Shown in pieces: positions 61,100 through 64,000 of a DNA stretch of 64,000 nucleotides. The notes below the pieces were generated by a model. That model had not been told where the DNA came from, did not search any database, and saw only the letters and a program-made list of their open reading frames with translations. Origin of the DNA: Solirubrobacterales bacterium (GTDB lineage Bacteria; Actinomycetota; Thermoleophilia; Solirubrobacterales; 70-9); NCBI GenBank assembly GCA_036557525.1, contig DATBHH010000080.1, positions 13,746 to 77,745 on the forward strand, given 5' to 3'. Positions within the stretch are counted from its first letter, which is position 1; each line of letters begins with the position of its first letter. A program made the position numbers and the translations under genes.

Positions 61100-62515
61100 C
61101 TATTCGTCCTTCTCGCAGGCGCTGATGCCGAGCTTGCCCGCGAGTCTCTTGGCCGACTTCGACAGCTGATCCGAGTTCCGGGAGATGCGTTTCATGGTCC
61201 CGTAGTCGCCGACTTCCATCGCGTGGGTGTCGGCCCGCAGGTCCTCAGCCTCGAGCCCGTTCAGCTTCAGGTAACGCCGGTACTCGGCCGCCATCGAGGA
61301 AGGCGGCGCGAGCGCCGAGACACGGTCGATCCAGCGCTGGACGAGTTCGAGGAACGGCTTGAAATACCCCCGGGCCACATCCTGGCCGGCTTGCAGCGTC
61401 GCCTGGAGGTCTGCCCGCTTGGCGACGCGCTGCCAACGCTGCAGCAGGGGGCGGCTCTCGTGCTTCAGCCGGTCGGCCTCCCCCTGCATCTCGCCGCAGA
61501 TGCCGTTGACCCTCGCCTGGAAGCTCGCCCGCGAGAGCGGCCTGCCGCTGGTCGGACCGGCGCCGCTCGCCGGCGGAGATTCCCCGGGCGCATCGGTGCT
61601 GCCGAGCTTGGCCTTGACGAGGGGGGTGGCGTCGAACACCTTGCTTGCCGGCGGCAGCGATATCTCGGGTTCGGTCCCGAAGTCGTAGAACTCCATCCGC
61701 ATGTCCATCGTCAGCGCTGTGCCGCCGCTGTCGTTCTCAAGCGGCATCACCTCGCGGATGCGGCGGACGATCCCTTCCCCGTCGATCCAGACCTCGACCG
61801 GGATCGACGTCTTGTCTTCCGGGAACGAGTGCTCGACGAGCTTCGCCACATCGGCCTTCCCTTCGCTTCGAAGTTTTTCTTCGAGCCGGTTCTGCTCGAT
61901 CGTGGCGCGGTAGTGCGTTGTTTCGACCCCGCGGACCGTCTCCTCGCCGAGGTCCTCGGTGTCACCCCCCGTGGATTCCAGCGACCGCAGTATTTCCCCG
62001 GCATCGGCGCTGCCCGCAAGCGCGGTGTCCGGTTCGTGTCCCAGGAACGGTTCGACCCCGACCCATTCCTTGCCCGGCGGCAGTCCCTGATCCGGCGCCG
62101 AGGTCCGGAGGTAGATCGTGTCTGCGTCGGTGATCGTCTCGACGGTGATTTCGTGACCGGCGAGGGACGTCGTCAAAGTCGCCCGGCCGCGATCGGTTCG
62201 CCAGTTCATCTCGCCCTCGCCCTGGGCGCTGAAGGTCAGGTTCCGGTCCGGCGTCGAGTAGTCGGCGGTAAGGCTCATCTTCGCCCCGGGCATGGCCGCG
62301 GTCCTTTCCGCCGCCTCGGCGATCGGATTGAGATCCGCTTCACCACCGCCGTACTTGAGGGCGATCGCAACCAGGACGAGGAGGAGGACGGCGAGCCCGG
62401 CGACGATCTTCAGCAGCGTCTGCGACATGCGGTCCGGGCTGGGGCCCGGGTCCGGCGCCGCCGAGTACCCCCAGTCGGCTCCCGGCGTATAGCGCGGAGG
62501 TGGGCCCGATGTCAT
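61100..62515 (-). CDS. membrane-anchored hypothetical protein (Pro-rich cytoplasmic N-tail, one TM, large extracytoplasmic domain)
   Basis: TM segment LLKIVAGLAVLLLVLVAIAL. No catalytic motif recognised. Confidence 0.6.
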   Translation of the reverse strand: MTSGPPPRYTPGADWGYSAAPDPGPSPDRMSQTLLKIVAGLAVLLLVLVAIALKYGGGEADLNPIAEAAERTAAMPGAKMSLTADYSTPDRNLTFSAQGEGEMNWRTDRGRATLTTSLAGHEITVETITDADTIYLRTSAPDQGLPPGKEWVGVEPFLGHEPDTALAGSADAGEILRSLESTGGDTEDLGEETVRGVETTHYRATIEQNRLEEKLRSEGKADVAKLVEHSFPEDKTSIPVEVWIDGEGIVRRIREVMPLENDSGGTALTMDMRMEFYDFGTEPEISLPPASKVFDATPLVKAKLGSTDAPGESPPASGAGPTSGRPLSRASFQARVNGICGEMQGEADRLKHESRPLLQRWQRVAKRADLQATLQAGQDVARGYFKPFLELVQRWIDRVSALAPPSSMAAEYRRYLKLNGLEAEDLRADTHAMEVGDYGTMKRISRNSDQLSKSAKRLAGKLGISACEKDE

Positions 62516-62658
62516 CGCTTCTCACCCACTTCCCTGCGCTATCGGCTCATTTCGCACAGCTCTTTACCGATCTCCCCGGCGCCGACCTAGGAATCGGGCG
62601 ATCGGCGGCGAACCGAGGCCCAGCCGGTGGGCGGCCCGACTGCCCGAAGTACTAACTT

Positions 62659-64000
62659 GTGGAAGTGGCTGGCCAGCGGGCCAGTTCGAAGGTGGCAACC
62701 ACGGCAAAAAAGCAAGAGCGGGTGATCGTCAGGTTCGCTGGAGACTCTGGCGATGGCATGCAACTCGTCGGCGCCAGGTTCACGGCGGCGACGGCGCTGG
62801 TCGGCAACGACCTCTCGACACTGCCCGACTTCCCGGCCGAGATTCGCGCTCCGGCGGGGACGCCCCACGGTGTGTCCGCGTTCCAGATCCACTTCGCCTC
62901 GCGCGACATCCTAACCCCGGGCGACTACCCCAACACGCTCGTCGCGATGAACCCGGCAGCCCTCTCGGCCCACCTCGCGGCGCTCGAGCAGGGCGGCACG
63001 GTGATCGTCAACGAGGACGCGTTCACGAAAGGCAACCTCGCCAAAGCGGGCTATGAGGAGAACCCGCTCGACGACGGCTCGCTCGACGGCTACCAGCTCT
63101 TCCGGGTCCCGATGACGACGCTTACGACGCGTGCGACCGAGGACGTCGAGGGCCTGAAACCGGCCGAAGCGCAGCGCACCAAGAACATCTTCGCGCTCGG
63201 GCTGATCTCCTGGATGTACGGGCGGCCGACCGAGTCGACGATCACCTGGCTGGAGACGAAATTCGCCAAGCGCCCGGCCGTCCGCGACGCCAACATCGCG
63301 GCGTTCAAGGCCGGCTACAACTTCGGCGAGACCACCGAGATCGCGGCGACGCCGGTCGAGATCGAGCCGGCGCCGCTCGAGCCGGGCGAGTACCGGAACA
63401 TCGACGGGACCCAGGCGATGGCGATCGGCCTGATCGCGGCCAGCGTCCGAAGCGGGCTGCAGATGTTCTTCGCCAGCTACCCGATCACCCCGGCCTCCGA
63501 GCTCCTGCACGCGCTCGCCAGCCGCGGCCGCTTCGGCGTCCGCACCGTCCAGGCCGAGGACGAGATCGCCGCCGCCAACATGGCGCTCGGCGCAGCCTTC
63601 GCCGGCAAGCTCGGGGTGACCGCGACCAGCGGCCCGGGGATGGACCTGAAGGCGGAGACGATCGGGCTGGCGGCGATGGTCGAGCTGCCGATGGTGATAG
63701 TCGACGTCCAGCGGGCGGGCCCCTCGACCGGGATGCCGACCAAGACCGAGCAGGGCGACCTGCTGATGGCGATCCACGGCCGCCATGGCGAGAATCCGAT
63801 CCCGGTCTTCGCCCCCGCGACCCCGGCCGACTGCTTCACGGTGGCGGTCGAAGCCGTTCGCACCGCGGTCCGCTACCGGACTCCGGTGATCCTCCTCGGC
63901 GATACCTTCCTCGCCAACTCCTCCGAGCCGTGGCGGATCCCGGATTCCGCCGGGCTGCCGGAGATCGACCCGGATTTCGCCGCGGCGCCCAACACCGGCG
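62659..64000 (+). CDS. korA: 2-oxoacid:ferredoxin/acceptor oxidoreductase alpha subunit (3' end beyond the window)
   Basis: Open at the window edge, so absent from the track. Frame reads VIVRFAGDSGDGMQLVG...DFPAEIRAPAGT...SYPITPASE...ATSGPGMDL...GPSTGMPTKTEQGDL. Start uncertain (GTG 62659/62665/62692/62722). Confidence 0.85.
   Translation, partial: MEVAGQRASSKVATTAKKQERVIVRFAGDSGDGMQLVGARFTAATALVGNDLSTLPDFPAEIRAPAGTPHGVSAFQIHFASRDILTPGDYPNTLVAMNPAALSAHLAALEQGGTVIVNEDAFTKGNLAKAGYEENPLDDGSLDGYQLFRVPMTTLTTRATEDVEGLKPAEAQRTKNIFALGLISWMYGRPTESTITWLETKFAKRPAVRDANIAAFKAGYNFGETTEIAATPVEIEPAPLEPGEYRNIDGTQAMAIGLIAASVRSGLQMFFASYPITPASELLHALASRGRFGVRTVQAEDEIAAANMALGAAFAGKLGVTATSGPGMDLKAETIGLAAMVELPMVIVDVQRAGPSTGMPTKTEQGDLLMAIHGRHGENPIPVFAPATPADCFTVAVEAVRTAVRYRTPVILLGDTFLANSSEPWRIPDSAGLPEIDPDFAAAPNTG

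Overview
Very GC-rich bacterial chromosomal segment (by eye roughly 70% GC, not computed). Gene content and style suggest a high-GC Gram-positive (Actinomycetota/Thermoleophilia-like) organism; that placement is inference only. I support about 60 protein genes, three intact tRNAs (Ser-UGA, Ser-GCU, Arg-ACG), three decayed copies of the tRNA-Arg 3' end, two abutting gene remnants and a few candidate operators or hairpins. I found no CRISPR array, rRNA, transposase, integrase or phage structural genes. Many of the longest ORFs in the six-frame track are Arg/Pro/Gly/Asp-rich shadow frames of real genes and were discarded. The window has four parts. (1) 1-10.7 kb is housekeeping: lgt, MFS transporter, lactone-oxidase-like flavoenzyme, P450, pyruvate kinase, crotonase, GNAT. 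(2) 10.7-26.2 kb is an accessory stretch that starts at tRNA-Arg and is divided by direct repeats of the tRNA 3' end. It is packed with exported beta-helix, beta-propeller and PKD proteins, a protease and a C1q-like protein. (3) 26-38 kb is mixed: S8 protease, amine oxidase, ECF sigma with an RsrA-like anti-sigma, aminotransferase. (4) 38.2-54.0 kb is a 16-gene, same-strand, mostly stop/start-overlapping locus combining three amidohydrolase-superfamily enzymes, a nitrilase-family hydrolase, an isochorismatase-family hydrolase, two DUF1989 paralogs, a DUF1185 protein, a class II aldolase, an NMT1-type ABC importer, a CrtI-like flavoenzyme and a methyltransferase. More exported proteins and the start of korA follow. 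The best candidates for something undescribed are: (a) the 38-54 kb cyclic ureide/guanidino-type N-heterocycle uptake and ring-opening locus; (b) the exported-protein repertoire that shares Lys/Arg-rich C-terminal modules and is paired with N-terminally anchored fibre-like proteins, one with a collagen stalk and a C1q-like head; (c) a striking Glu-codon (GAA versus GAG) split that singles out exported-protein genes. All functional calls come from reading motifs in the translations. No database search was run.
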